Of a stretch of DNA of 64,000 bases, positions 49,589 to 59,950 are shown piece by piece. Position numbers and translations under genes: made by a program. The stretch comes from a candidate division CPR3 bacterium GWF2_35_18 (GTDB taxonomy: Bacteria; Patescibacteriota; CPR3; GWF2-35-18). The notes under the pieces were generated by a model, which saw nothing but the letters and a program-made list of their open reading frames with translations, was not told where the DNA came from and did no database searches. The stretch is from contig MESW01000008.1 in assembly GCA_001771135.1 (NCBI GenBank), positions 87,630 to 151,629 of the forward strand. The letters run 5' to 3'. Positions within the stretch are counted from its first letter, which is position 1. Every line of letters begins with the position of its first letter.

Positions 49589-50350
49589 TTACTTTACTTT
49601 GTTTGTAATAAATTCGTACACTTTCTCGACCATTTCAGTCCGTTGTGGTCCTTCGGGAAACCAATGATCAGCACCTTTAATTTCATGTAGTCTACCGTTT
49701 TTAACTAAACCTGCAAACTTTCGGCTTTGGGTAACAGGAACGCAGGTATCATGATCTCCATGAACAATAAACACTGGACAATTAATTTTTTTTGCTACTT
49801 TGTATGGCTTATTAAACTCGATATCTTCATAGAGAGAATATTTGAGTTTGTGTAATTTACCGGCATCTTCAATTTCCGTAATCCCTTTTTCCTTCCACTG
49901 TTTGATTTTTTCTATCCCTAAACTTTGGATAAGCTCTTGTCTATAATCACAAACGGGACAACGCAGTGCGAGAAAAATTGCTTCTGGAAATTTCGAAGCC
50001 GCCATAATGCTGGAGATTCCACCGAAGCTACTGCCAAGCAAACCGATTTTAGTGTATCCCCTATTTTTGACAAGTTCGATTGCTTTTATAATGCCGTCAA
50101 CCGCCTTACTAACTGTGATATCCTCAAGTTTTCCGTAGCTTTCCCCGTGAGCAAAAAGATCAATCCTAAACGTGGCTATTCCTTTACCATTAAGTAATTC
50201 CACGAGGTTACCCCAGGATTTCGTATCTTTGCTGGAAGTAAAGCCATGTGAAATAATCACGATCGGCTTATCTGTAGAATCTGTGTTATTTGAAATAACT
50301 CCACACATCTTTTCGCCGTTTGAATTTTGATAATATATTTTTTCTTGCAT
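49589..50350 (-). CDS. Alpha/beta hydrolase (dienelactone hydrolase/esterase-like)
   Basis: GLLGSSFGG nucleophile elbow (GxSxG). HGDHD near the C-terminus. Confidence 0.7.
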   Translation of the reverse strand: MQEKIYYQNSNGEKMCGVISNNTDSTDKPIVIISHGFTSSKDTKSWGNLVELLNGKGIATFRIDLFAHGESYGKLEDITVSKAVDGIIKAIELVKNRGYTKIGLLGSSFGGISSIMAASKFPEAIFLALRCPVCDYRQELIQSLGIEKIKQWKEKGITEIEDAGKLHKLKYSLYEDIEFNKPYKVAKKINCPVFIVHGDHDTCVPVTQSRKFAGLVKNGRLHEIKGADHWFPEGPQRTEMVEKVYEFITNKVK

Positions 50351-50354
50351 AGCT

Positions 50355-50630
50355 TTAATACTCTTTCCATTTAAATTTTGGATGTCTTTTTTCGTATTCT
50401 GCTGTGGATTCTTTTATGGCTCGATGCCAAGGAATACCCTTTTTAGCTCCCACAATTCCGGCTAGAGCAGAACGACACAGAGTCGGGTCAACTTTAATAA
50501 GCAATTCTTCGAAAATTTCATAAAGATCACGAGCAATAAAATCGGTAGCAGTTTTGATTCCAATTTGTTCTAATTTCTTGATCGTTACTTTTCCAAGATT
50601 GGGTAAAGATTCCAGAGAATCTTTTGTCAT
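50355..50630 (-). CDS. Small HhH DNA-binding protein (TfoX C-terminal-domain-like)
   Basis: LESLPNLGKVTIKKLEQIGIKTATDF helix-hairpin-helix pattern. Confidence 0.5.
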   Translation of the reverse strand: MTKDSLESLPNLGKVTIKKLEQIGIKTATDFIARDLYEIFEELLIKVDPTLCRSALAGIVGAKKGIPWHRAIKESTAEYEKRHPKFKWKEY

Positions 50631-50631
50631 A

Positions 50632-51117
50632 TTATTCTATTTCTCCTACAATGACGGTATAGTTATGTCCATAAACTTTGGCGCATTTCGGGCAGGTTGT
50701 GTACCACATATACCATTTTTTAATTTTTTGTTTTTTCTCCTTCGCATATTTCTCAAAATCTTGACACCAAATACCGGTATCTTTGAAATTCCCATCATAG
50801 ACTTTGGTTAAAAACTTTCCCGAAATCGTCACGTTTTCCGCGTTAGGAACTTCCTTATCTACAGCTAGATATAGATCCATGTTCCATTTATTCGTGTGAT
50901 CAGAGAGGCACATCATTTCTGGCATTTTAGCTTGTGCTTTTTCAACTTTTTCAGTGACCCTTTTCATAACCGGACCGAAATTTACCGGCATATAAAAAAC
51001 CGTGAACACTTTGTCTTTTATAAATCTTTTATCTTTCCAAGTCAGAGTTTTTTCATCCCAAGGGGTTGGGTCAAATTTTGGGCAACAGCCGGTTTCCGCA
51101 ATTTCATTTTTGATCAT
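50632..51117 (-). CDS. Hypothetical protein (161 aa, CC and CPKC motifs)
   Basis: Clean ORF with the stop adjacent to the next gene's start. No family assigned. Confidence 0.45.
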   Translation of the reverse strand: MIKNEIAETGCCPKFDPTPWDEKTLTWKDKRFIKDKVFTVFYMPVNFGPVMKRVTEKVEKAQAKMPEMMCLSDHTNKWNMDLYLAVDKEVPNAENVTISGKFLTKVYDGNFKDTGIWCQDFEKYAKEKKQKIKKWYMWYTTCPKCAKVYGHNYTVIVGEIE

Positions 51118-51893
51118 AAAATTTCTCCTTTTTTATTAACAAAATCGATAACCATTGTATTAAATTTTTTGGACTCATACAAACACCAGGTATGATTACC
51201 GGTTAATTCCAAGAGCTTGGCTTGAGGAATTTTTGCTTTTAACTTCTTTATCTGTTCTGGAGTGAAGATTTCATCTTGCTTATTGGCAATAATCAAAGTA
51301 GGGACTTTTATCTTCTGAAAGTCACTAAAATCAGCATAAAGCAAATTAAAAACCACTTTACTTATTTGGTTAACCTTCTTTGATTTTTTGATTAAGCTGG
51401 TGAAAAAATCTTTGGCAATAAGATTAAAAACTCGGAGATCTTTATAGAATAGAAGGTCTTGAAATGTTCTTTTGAAAAAGAATTTATAAATAATTTTATT
51501 TCCCTTATCTTTTGTGGCGATTCCCGAAGAATTTACAAGAATTAGAAATTCGATTTGTGGAGAGATTGAGGTTAGATGTAAAGCAATTCCTCCTCCCAAT
51601 GAATGTCCGATTAATACAATATTTTTTGCTTTTAAGTACTTAATAAAATCGAGAAAGAAATGAGCATATTCTTTATAATTCCAAGAAGATTCAGGAACAT
51701 CAGAATCTCCAAAACAGGGAAGGTCAGGGGCGATCACGTGAAAGTTAAGAGATAGCTGTTTCAATAAGTTTGTGTAGGTTGAAGCTTTTACGCATCCGCC
51801 ATGAAGGAAAAGTAGTGTTTGACCTGTTCCCCCTTCCAGGTATTTGATTTTACAATCTTTGTTTTGGAAAAATTTAGTTTGGAAATTTTCCAT
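51114..51893 (-). CDS. Alpha/beta hydrolase fold protein
   Basis: LFLHGG oxyanion region and VLIGHSLGGGIAL nucleophile elbow. Confidence 0.7.
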   Translation of the reverse strand: MENFQTKFFQNKDCKIKYLEGGTGQTLLFLHGGCVKASTYTNLLKQLSLNFHVIAPDLPCFGDSDVPESSWNYKEYAHFFLDFIKYLKAKNIVLIGHSLGGGIALHLTSISPQIEFLILVNSSGIATKDKGNKIIYKFFFKRTFQDLLFYKDLRVFNLIAKDFFTSLIKKSKKVNQISKVVFNLLYADFSDFQKIKVPTLIIANKQDEIFTPEQIKKLKAKIPQAKLLELTGNHTWCLYESKKFNTMVIDFVNKKGEIL

Positions 51894-51902
51894 GTGATAA
51901 TG

Positions 51903-52178
51903 TTAATTCATTGTTTTCGAGTGATATTTTTCCCAAATTCGACGAAATACAGGTAATGTTAAGGTAGAAATAAAGAAACCTAGTGCCGGGACAATCGCGT
52001 TGATCCAAGGTTTTTCGATGTTGATAAAGTGAAAATAGATAGCGACCGAAAAATAGGTAAAAATAATTAATAAAATTCTTCTTAAGAAGCTTACTTCCCA
52101 AGCCTTTTCAATCTCTACTTTTTGGTTTCTCTGTTCAATTTTGATGATTCTTTTCTCAAGATTAGAAAGATCTGTCAT
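51903..52178 (-). CDS. Small membrane protein (2 TM)
   Basis: Hydrophobic segments ILLIIFTYFSVAIYF and AIVPALGFFISTLTLPV. Confidence 0.35.
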   Translation of the reverse strand: MTDLSNLEKRIIKIEQRNQKVEIEKAWEVSFLRRILLIIFTYFSVAIYFHFINIEKPWINAIVPALGFFISTLTLPVFRRIWEKYHSKTMN

Positions 52179-52191
52179 ATATAAAATATAA

Positions 52192-52542
52192 CTATTTTTT
52201 CGATGGAGGCAGTTTACTTAAATCGATCAGATCCATAAATAAAACTAATTTCAGAACTGGTTTTGTGGCAAAATAACTATAAGTAGCATTTGGAGGAATA
52301 ATTATGACATCACCTGCTTTTCCAATCGTTTTATCACCATTAACTGTAAATTCTCCTTCGCCATCGATAATGAAGTAAAATCTGGGTTTATCCCCAATTA
52401 CTCTCTGACCATGATCGCCTGTCACTTCCGCATAGATTATTGATCTTCCGTTATCTATGTTTGGAAATTGATAAAACCAGCCATCGTAAGCTTCGGTATT
52501 GTGGTTAACTGCTTCTTTTTGGGATATTTTTTGAATAGACAT
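52192..52542 (-). CDS. Cupin-domain protein
   Basis: Motif HGQRVIGD...FYFIIDGEGEFTVNGDK...AGDVIIIPPN. Confidence 0.65.
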   Translation of the reverse strand: MSIQKISQKEAVNHNTEAYDGWFYQFPNIDNGRSIIYAEVTGDHGQRVIGDKPRFYFIIDGEGEFTVNGDKTIGKAGDVIIIPPNATYSYFATKPVLKLVLFMDLIDLSKLPPSKK

Positions 52543-52612
52543 AATATTAATATTTTAACATATAATTATTTCCATTGGTAACGACGATTACTTCATTTTG
52601 TATATTTAGGAA

Positions 52613-53251
52613 TTAACCCAGATAGGCACGTACAGCGATCGTAAATTCTGTTTGGGAAGGCTGATATTTTTTCTCTTTTTCTTGAAAATTTTTATCAAAT
52701 TCTTCCGCTTTCTTCTCATCGAGATCATAAGCTTTGCTGTAGAAAAATTTCCACTTCTTTTTTCCAAAAAATCCCTTTTCCAGTTCCAGAACTAGTTGTC
52801 CGTAGGGGTACTTTCCTTCGCTATTACTTATCTGATAATCGATGCAGTTTTTGAATCCATGTTTACAATAGTTGTATGGACAACCGAGGACAATGATTGC
52901 TTTGACTTTATTCTTGATGGCGATTTCCTTTGTCTTATTGATGAGAGCCGTTCCGATCCCCTGTCTTTGAAAGGCGGGTAGAACGCACAGAGGCCCAAAT
53001 GTTAAAGTGTCGATTTTGTTATTTTCTTCATCAACAATATATGATTTTGTATACATAATACTGCCGACGACTTTATCATCGACAACGGCAACATAGTCTA
53101 ATTCAGGCACAAAATCCGGATGATCTCGCAAAATATGAGCAACGTAATGTTCATTACAGCCTGGCATGTAGAGATTCCAAAATGCTTCTCTGGTGAGTTC
53201 TTCGACTATGCGGTAATCTTTAGTTTTTTCGGGTCGGATGGTGAGGTTCAT
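52613..53251 (-). CDS. GNAT-family N-acetyltransferase
   Basis: LCVLPAFQRQGIGTALI motif A. Confidence 0.75.
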   Translation of the reverse strand: MNLTIRPEKTKDYRIVEELTREAFWNLYMPGCNEHYVAHILRDHPDFVPELDYVAVVDDKVVGSIMYTKSYIVDEENNKIDTLTFGPLCVLPAFQRQGIGTALINKTKEIAIKNKVKAIIVLGCPYNYCKHGFKNCIDYQISNSEGKYPYGQLVLELEKGFFGKKKWKFFYSKAYDLDEKKAEEFDKNFQEKEKKYQPSQTEFTIAVRAYLG

Positions 53252-53278
53252 GGTAAAAAATGTTGGTGAAGTTTGAAA

Positions 53279-54010
53279 TTATTTTATGAATTCCTGTAAT
53301 TTTGTTCCCGAAGTAGTTGTTTTCCTAGCTATTATTTCTGTTTTTTGATTATAATTAACACCAGAAGCACCAGAAGAAATACTTTGTAAATTAACATTCA
53401 GGGTTGGAAATTCAGGAATGTTTTGGATGTATTGATTAACATCTTGTTTAGTAGCTTGCAATTCATTTAACAATATTCTATATCCTTCAATAAACGAATT
53501 CTGTAGTTGTTGGTTTTTTTTATTAAGTGATTCGTTTTTTATTCTTTGATAAGTTTTTTGGAAATCAAGGTAAAAGCTTTTAATATCAATATTAAGTTCG
53601 TCATTTTGTGTTTTTGTAAGATTTCCTTTATTTCTTTTAGTTAACTGTATACCAAACTTTACTAAAAAAAAGTGAGCCGTTCCATTTCGAATGGTGTATC
53701 TAAATATCTTTTGTAAGCGCTTATCATTGTATTGAGAATTATCTTTTACAAAATAGTTATCCCAGAAATATCCGAACGCGTGTTCATCTTTTTTTCCCTT
53801 TGATAATACAATACCTAATAATTCCATTCCACATAAGATTGTATGTACTGAAGGATAACTAAGTCCACCTATTGGCATGTCTAGTACTTTATAGATCATA
53901 GTATTCAGGTCACCAATTAGATAATCGTCTAAAAGTCGAAAGAAGGATTTGATGATATCTTGATTCATATTGTCGAAGGTTAAACTAATAGATTGATCTA
54001 AAGCCATCAA
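53279..54010 (-). CDS. Hypothetical protein (243 aa) flanking the R-M/defence cluster
   Basis: Clean ORF. No family recognised. Confidence 0.45.
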   Translation of the reverse strand: MMALDQSISLTFDNMNQDIIKSFFRLLDDYLIGDLNTMIYKVLDMPIGGLSYPSVHTILCGMELLGIVLSKGKKDEHAFGYFWDNYFVKDNSQYNDKRLQKIFRYTIRNGTAHFFLVKFGIQLTKRNKGNLTKTQNDELNIDIKSFYLDFQKTYQRIKNESLNKKNQQLQNSFIEGYRILLNELQATKQDVNQYIQNIPEFPTLNVNLQSISSGASGVNYNQKTEIIARKTTTSGTKLQEFIK

Positions 54011-54245
54011 TATCCCTGGCGGGGAGGGAGCCCAACAAATTGTTCACTAACATTCACAATTTCCGAACCCTTGATCCGACGTTGTCGGATGGATTCTCAT
54101 CCGTATTCTATACTTCGACAAACTCAGATACTCTCGTACTGAGCTTGTCGAAGTACGGAGAACCGTTGACGAAGTTCGAACCTATTTTATGAAAAATTTC
54201 AATATAACTCTTGCCTCATCAACTATTTAAAATAGTGTAAGTTAT

Positions 54246-55199
54246 TTACTTCGTAAGAGTCCAGAGATCTGTGAGTAATAATTTTTGAAAATCTCTAACT
54301 TGCTCTGCAAGTTTAAGATTATTTGTCATCTCAGGACGAGGGTCGATATAATAAACACCATCAAGTTTATTTAAAGCAACCGTATATCCAAGGAAATGGT
54401 TGGTCTTGAAAGTCGAATTGATTCCAAAAATACTTTTTCCTTTTACGGCTCTCTGAACATCATGCAAAAAAATAGCAATAACTTTTATGTCTCTTCCTAG
54501 TAACTTTGATAATAGAAATTTATCTAAAAAAATCTTGTCTATCCTATCTTTACTTGTAGTTTTTACAGAACCAACTATTTCTGATGGGTGTATGAATTTT
54601 GTTTCAGATGTCAAAATTGCTTTATTTTTTGAAAAGACAAGATCCAACTCATAAGACATAGTGTAACCTGATTGATTAGGTATAGGGAGATTAACTGTGC
54701 GTGGTTCACATTCCATTCCCAATTCTTTGATTATCAACTTAATTAAAACTTCAAATAACATTCCAATTCTCTTTCTTGACTGATTAGAATTATCAAAAGA
54801 ATCTCCAATGCATCCAATAGTTTGTTGAATCGTATAAATTACACTATCTATTTCTCTAGACTTAATGTAATCATCGTATTTTTCATTACTTGTTATTTTT
54901 TCTCGTTGTTTCTGCAAATCAGACAGAAATGAAATAAATCTTTCGAATTTACTTTTCATCTCCTCCGGAAATTCAATAAAAAGATTGCTATTTAATGGAC
55001 GAGTTATCTTATATCCATCGCTCTTACTATATTGGTAAAAAATATAATTATTTTGAGAGGGAGATACTATTCTGGTTGGATTTGAATTTTGAAGATAACT
55101 TAAAAATGCCTTAGCCATTTTAAGATAGTCTCCGAGTTGAACAAAAGCGGATTTGTCTTGTACACTTGCTTGTAAATCGTGTAAATTTATTGTTTTCAT
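54246..55199 (-). CDS. Putative type II restriction endonuclease (PD-(D/E)xK-like)
   Basis: Start overlaps the methyltransferase stop (ATGA). Candidate catalytic YELDLVF...SETK. No other family signal. Confidence 0.5.
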   Translation of the reverse strand: MKTINLHDLQASVQDKSAFVQLGDYLKMAKAFLSYLQNSNPTRIVSPSQNNYIFYQYSKSDGYKITRPLNSNLFIEFPEEMKSKFERFISFLSDLQKQREKITSNEKYDDYIKSREIDSVIYTIQQTIGCIGDSFDNSNQSRKRIGMLFEVLIKLIIKELGMECEPRTVNLPIPNQSGYTMSYELDLVFSKNKAILTSETKFIHPSEIVGSVKTTSKDRIDKIFLDKFLLSKLLGRDIKVIAIFLHDVQRAVKGKSIFGINSTFKTNHFLGYTVALNKLDGVYYIDPRPEMTNNLKLAEQVRDFQKLLLTDLWTLTK

Positions 55200-56149
55200 C
55201 TTATTGATTTTCTACGATTAGTATTTTCATGATCAAATTTTACCCAACGATCAATAGACCACTCCTTTACCATTTCTACTCGATTTGCAGCCATTTTACA
55301 ATAGCTTCTTGAAAGATCGCATCCCTTCCATCTTCTCTTCAATTGCTCTGCTGTCGTAATTGTTGTCCCAGATCCCAAAAATGGGTCGAGAACCAAATCA
55401 CCTTCATGAGATGAGGCTAAAATGATCTTTCTTAATAACTCTTCTGGCTTTTGGGTTGGGTGAGATGTTCTTTCTTCAGCACCATTACTTATCGTTGGGA
55501 TTTCCAAAACATCACGTGGTTTTGCCCCTAAAGGATTTGGACTCCATAATTTCCCTCCGTTTTTCTCCTTTCCATATTGGCTCGTTACCGCCTGTGGATG
55601 AACGGGATATTTTAAAGTGTGATCACCATAAGGTATACGGACAAAGTCGACATTGAAAATAAAATCCTTACTCTTTCTCAAATGTAAGATGCTCTCATGT
55701 GATCTTCCCCAATCATTTCCTAAGTTGGCTTTATTCTTATAATGCCATATTATCCACCGACAACCTTTAAAAAACTTCATGGCAGGATGTTTTAAATCAG
55801 CTAAAATTTCGGAAAATCCACAAATGTAAAGAGATCCATTCTTCTTTAATATTCGAGACGATTCCTCAATCCACCTCAGAGACCATTCAATATACTTTTC
55901 TTGAGATTCAAAATTATCCCACTCTGCCTTCTTAATATTATAAGGGGGATCAGCGAATATAAGGTCAACTGACTCAGAATCTAGATCCTTAAGCCAGGTT
56001 TCTGATTTACCTAACCAGATTTCACCATGAGGATGTGTGTAGAATAAAATTGGTTTGCTTTGATTCGATAAATCATTATCAATTCTCTGGAATCTTCCTT
56101 TCCTTAATTCATCTCCGAACAAAGTTAGTGATTTTATATTTTTTTTCAT
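55196..56149 (-). CDS. DNA methyltransferase, beta-class (N6-adenine or N4-cytosine)
   Basis: Motif IV IFADPPYNI precedes motif I DLVLDPFLGSGTT, the beta-class order. Confidence 0.85.
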   Translation of the reverse strand: MKKNIKSLTLFGDELRKGRFQRIDNDLSNQSKPILFYTHPHGEIWLGKSETWLKDLDSESVDLIFADPPYNIKKAEWDNFESQEKYIEWSLRWIEESSRILKKNGSLYICGFSEILADLKHPAMKFFKGCRWIIWHYKNKANLGNDWGRSHESILHLRKSKDFIFNVDFVRIPYGDHTLKYPVHPQAVTSQYGKEKNGGKLWSPNPLGAKPRDVLEIPTISNGAEERTSHPTQKPEELLRKIILASSHEGDLVLDPFLGSGTTITTAEQLKRRWKGCDLSRSYCKMAANRVEMVKEWSIDRWVKFDHENTNRRKSIR

Positions 56150-56161
56150 ACTGTTATATTA

Positions 56162-59100
56162 TTACAAACCCCTTCTTTCTTCCTGAATCTTTTCATGTTC
56201 AATTTGTTTGTCAAGAGAATCTATCATTTCATCCAACCATCGCTTTACATTATCATTATCTTCATTTTTTTTAAAAGCTACTAACTGTTCCTTCTTTTGT
56301 TGATAGTGTAGGCTTGCAGGACCAGACCAGCCTTCGGTATAAAAGTTTGCACCCATTTCTTTCCGAACATCGTTCCTACCTCCATATCGTGCTAAAACCT
56401 CTCTTGCCCAACATATTTTTCCTTCCTCTCTGAAAAGGAGCTTCGGAACGAAATAGGCGACATACCAAGCTCTCTTTTTAACATTTGCATCTACCCACTT
56501 CCATACTTTTTTTGGTGGGAAAAACGTTAATGCACCTGACATTCCCGCTGGCGAATGTTCACTTCCTCTCAGCCATTCTTTTATATGAAATGCTCTTGAA
56601 TCAATTGGTGGACCAAGATATTTAGCAGCGATATCCCATACCTCCGAGGGGTGATTTCGTGCAATTCCATCGATTACCTCTTGAGTCTGCGAATGATATT
56701 CCCCTAAGATACTATCATCTTCGCCAAAATGTTCCAGCATTACTTCCGCTAAGGGCAAGCTCTTCTTTGGATAAAGCTCGATAAACTTATTTCCAATCTC
56801 TTTCCAGTGAAAGTCGTCCATTTGGTTTCGTCTACCTTCTGACGGTTTTTTAAACAATGAAGGATGTGTGAGAAGCTTTAAAGTTAGGGTATCTGGTAAT
56901 TTGTGCTGAGACTCTTTTCTTAGATAAAAGAACTGATATAAATCAAGAGCAATCGAAACAGCATAATCCTCTGGACATTCGAGCAAAAATTCTATCCACT
57001 TCTTAAATATGTCCTCAGACAGATCTCGAATAACACTTCCGAGACCAAATACACGAAAATGTCCAGGCGTGATTACTTTCTTTTTGGCTAATTCCAACAC
57101 TCTTAAAGCTGCCCTGTATGACATACCAGATCGCCAAGTAAGGTCGGATACCCAGCTAGCTAGTTTTTCGTCTTTTGTTAAATCGTCTAGCAACGACTCC
57201 CATTTCTCCTTATCTTTTTCAAACAATACTCGCAGATATCCACCGATAAAGTAATCGCTAGAGTTGGGCTGTCTACTTACCTTACGCTGTGCATCTAATA
57301 GCATTGGTAATAAGGAAAAATCTTTATCCAGTTGACCCAGTTCATTACCAAATCGATACCCGCTCTTTGCTTCATTTGTTACTAACCAACTAAGTTCTGG
57401 TTTAAGCAGCTTAGGATCATCGACTACCTGTTGTGCAAGTTTTTTTATTGGAATTTCTGCCTTATCTACCCTGTTCCCGTCTTCGTCGAAACTATCTTCC
57501 AGGAGATCCATTCCAACATATCTCCTCATGAGAGAACTAAAATCGCTACCTTCCAGATCATCTCTTAATTTCTCCCATTTTTGTTTCATCTCAGCTGGCA
57601 TATCTTTTCCGTCATAGTGGAGAATAGCAATCACTCTTTCTAGAATTTTTTCCTTGTTCCCATAAGGATTTTTTGATAATTCAGTGATGTTTGCAATTAT
57701 CATGTCTGTTAGCTTCGGAATCTTACCTAAACCTCTTGAGTTATCAAGAAGAACATCAATTGCCTGATCCTGCTCATCTTCTGGTAGGACTTCCAGTTTG
57801 CCATATAAAAGTTCCCAAACCTTCTGATAGGCATCCCACAATTCGTCATATGTTTTTGCTCTCCACAGTTGAGCTTCTCTTCGCACTCCCTGATACTCCG
57901 CACCTATCATACGGGTAAAATGTTGGGATTCTAGTGCCTTATCACACGCCCGAATAGCAAGTTTCCGTCCTTCTTTTGAATCAGAATTGAGTGCCTCCTG
58001 AAGGACAGGTAGCCTTTCTTCTGGTGGTGCTTCAGTTGATGAAAGACCTACAGAAAATAGGTCTGCGAAAGTTCCACTAGCGTTATTGGCATAAGTTTCG
58101 TTTTCAGCCTCACCAAGAGCAAGAAGCAATCTTGCAGCATCAGCAAATAACTCTCTCCATACAACTATCTTTTCTAAAGCCCAAACAACATTTCTACGAG
58201 CTTCCCTAAACTCTAACAGTTCTTTTTTTCCCCACTTACCAATTGTTTCTTGTAAAGTTGCCAATGCCGACTCAGGATCAGCTTCGGTCAATTTTAAAAA
58301 AAAATCTCCGCCGAGCTTGGTTTTTATAAGTGTCCCATCAGAAAACAAACCATCTTTACCTAAAATTGCTTTAGCAAAATCTTTTCCTTTTTCTGAGGTT
58401 GCGATGTAAGGTAAATGGTCAAAAAATCTTTCGAGAAGATCAGCTCTAAATTCTTGTGGGATACTTTCAATAAATTCCTCGAACTTCTTCTTCGTAAAAC
58501 CGTGAGATTCCCACCATTCTTTAAGCAAGTATATTCTCAGCATGAAGGGGGTGACATAAATGTAATGCTGTCCCTGGATAATTCCTCTTTTTCTTTGTTC
58601 AGTCACTGCGTCTTGAAAGTCTGCAAATTCTACGCCCATCGTTTGTGCGACCCACTCGGATTCCTTTGATAATTTCCCCTCATAGCCAACTTTGCTGAAG
58701 AGGGATAGTCCCTGCAATACCTTCTTTGTTTTTCTAAAATGATCAGTTGTAAGATCTCGTCCACCAATCAAGCGGTTCATTAAAGCCTCATCGCTAACAT
58801 CCAAAAAATCTTTTTGGTCATCGGTTTTACTGGCTAAATAACTTTCAGCTAGTAAAACGCCTATTCGTGGATAGCCGTCTGCAAATTGACTTAGTCTATC
58901 AATAACATCATTTGGCAAGGCTGATGCTTCGGCTTTTAGGATTGTTTTAATGGAATCTTGACTTAATTTAGTTACTTTAAGTGATAAGGAAGGAGATGGG
59001 ATATTTCCTATCTCATAAGACAAAGTGATCAAAGCTAGTCGATTTCCTCTGGAAGAGAATGAGCGGACAAATTCGTCGTGCTGTTGTAAATCGCATTCGT

Positions 59101-59950
59101 CTATAACCACAATGGCAGACAGGTTTTGGTCATTTTGCAAAGTTGTGAACAAGGATGACAAACGGAAAGCGTCCGCCTTGACATAAATAACCCTTTGTTT
59201 TAGGTCGTCGGGAGCTAAAGCTTCATAAACAAACCTAGTTTTACCAATTCCTGAAAGCCCAGTAATTCTGAAAACAACACATTGCCCGTTACAATTTCTC
59301 AGTTTATCCGATATCTCTTCGGCTAATTTCTTTCTCTCGTCATCAAACACAAACGCCTTTGGCAACTGGATTTCTCTGTTTTCTTCCCATGAGGAATACG
59401 GCAAACATTGGCTAAGATCGTTTTTGAACCAAGCAACTAAAGAAGGAAAGCGTTCAATAAAACCAATCAACTGAGTCGCCGTGTAAAGGCGGACTTTAGG
59501 ATTGGGGTAACCCAATCGAACAAGTTCGTCTTTAATGGCTTGCTCTCTTGGGGCAGTAGCTCTTGGACTTGTTATGTCGGCAAATAGAACGAGCGTATAA
59601 GTTCCGTCAGCATCAAGAATTTTTTTTATTTCTGGCTTCAGCGGTTGATTTAAATCGTTTCCTATATGAAGTTCTTTTTTACAGGCAGCTGGAATAAGGT
59701 CGGAGGATTTTATTTGGTATCCACTTGTTCCATTGGGAATCACTTCATCCAAAGTCGGACCTGCATCATTTACATAAGCATCAACTCCACCATCTCCAAC
59801 ATTAATACACTGAGGAACATTGATGATATTTTGCCCAACTCCCACTCTTCCAGCCTCTGCCCACAAGAGTCTTCTAAAGGAGTCAACGGCACGATCTTGA
59901 CCAAGATTGGTTAAATCACTTACCTGCAAGGTAAACGGTGTAGTTGTCAT
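56162..59950 (-). CDS. Large STAND-type NTPase with N-terminal nuclease-like domain and C-terminal helical repeats (Avs-like antiviral candidate)
   Basis: 1262 aa. N-terminal GDGGVDAYV...GYQIKSS is PD-(D/E)xK/Mrr-like. Walker A ITGLSGIGKTRFVY, Walker B AIVVIDECD. About 900-aa helical C-terminus. Confidence 0.65.
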   Translation of the reverse strand: MTTTPFTLQVSDLTNLGQDRAVDSFRRLLWAEAGRVGVGQNIINVPQCINVGDGGVDAYVNDAGPTLDEVIPNGTSGYQIKSSDLIPAACKKELHIGNDLNQPLKPEIKKILDADGTYTLVLFADITSPRATAPREQAIKDELVRLGYPNPKVRLYTATQLIGFIERFPSLVAWFKNDLSQCLPYSSWEENREIQLPKAFVFDDERKKLAEEISDKLRNCNGQCVVFRITGLSGIGKTRFVYEALAPDDLKQRVIYVKADAFRLSSLFTTLQNDQNLSAIVVIDECDLQQHDEFVRSFSSRGNRLALITLSYEIGNIPSPSLSLKVTKLSQDSIKTILKAEASALPNDVIDRLSQFADGYPRIGVLLAESYLASKTDDQKDFLDVSDEALMNRLIGGRDLTTDHFRKTKKVLQGLSLFSKVGYEGKLSKESEWVAQTMGVEFADFQDAVTEQRKRGIIQGQHYIYVTPFMLRIYLLKEWWESHGFTKKKFEEFIESIPQEFRADLLERFFDHLPYIATSEKGKDFAKAILGKDGLFSDGTLIKTKLGGDFFLKLTEADPESALATLQETIGKWGKKELLEFREARRNVVWALEKIVVWRELFADAARLLLALGEAENETYANNASGTFADLFSVGLSSTEAPPEERLPVLQEALNSDSKEGRKLAIRACDKALESQHFTRMIGAEYQGVRREAQLWRAKTYDELWDAYQKVWELLYGKLEVLPEDEQDQAIDVLLDNSRGLGKIPKLTDMIIANITELSKNPYGNKEKILERVIAILHYDGKDMPAEMKQKWEKLRDDLEGSDFSSLMRRYVGMDLLEDSFDEDGNRVDKAEIPIKKLAQQVVDDPKLLKPELSWLVTNEAKSGYRFGNELGQLDKDFSLLPMLLDAQRKVSRQPNSSDYFIGGYLRVLFEKDKEKWESLLDDLTKDEKLASWVSDLTWRSGMSYRAALRVLELAKKKVITPGHFRVFGLGSVIRDLSEDIFKKWIEFLLECPEDYAVSIALDLYQFFYLRKESQHKLPDTLTLKLLTHPSLFKKPSEGRRNQMDDFHWKEIGNKFIELYPKKSLPLAEVMLEHFGEDDSILGEYHSQTQEVIDGIARNHPSEVWDIAAKYLGPPIDSRAFHIKEWLRGSEHSPAGMSGALTFFPPKKVWKWVDANVKKRAWYVAYFVPKLLFREEGKICWAREVLARYGGRNDVRKEMGANFYTEGWSGPASLHYQQKKEQLVAFKKNEDNDNVKRWLDEMIDSLDKQIEHEKIQEERRGL

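Noticed and set aside
54011-54245. GGTTCGAAC motif tested as a tRNA/tmRNA T-arm.
   Set aside because: Flanking 5-nt segments are not complementary, so there is no acceptor stem. Not a tRNA-like structure.
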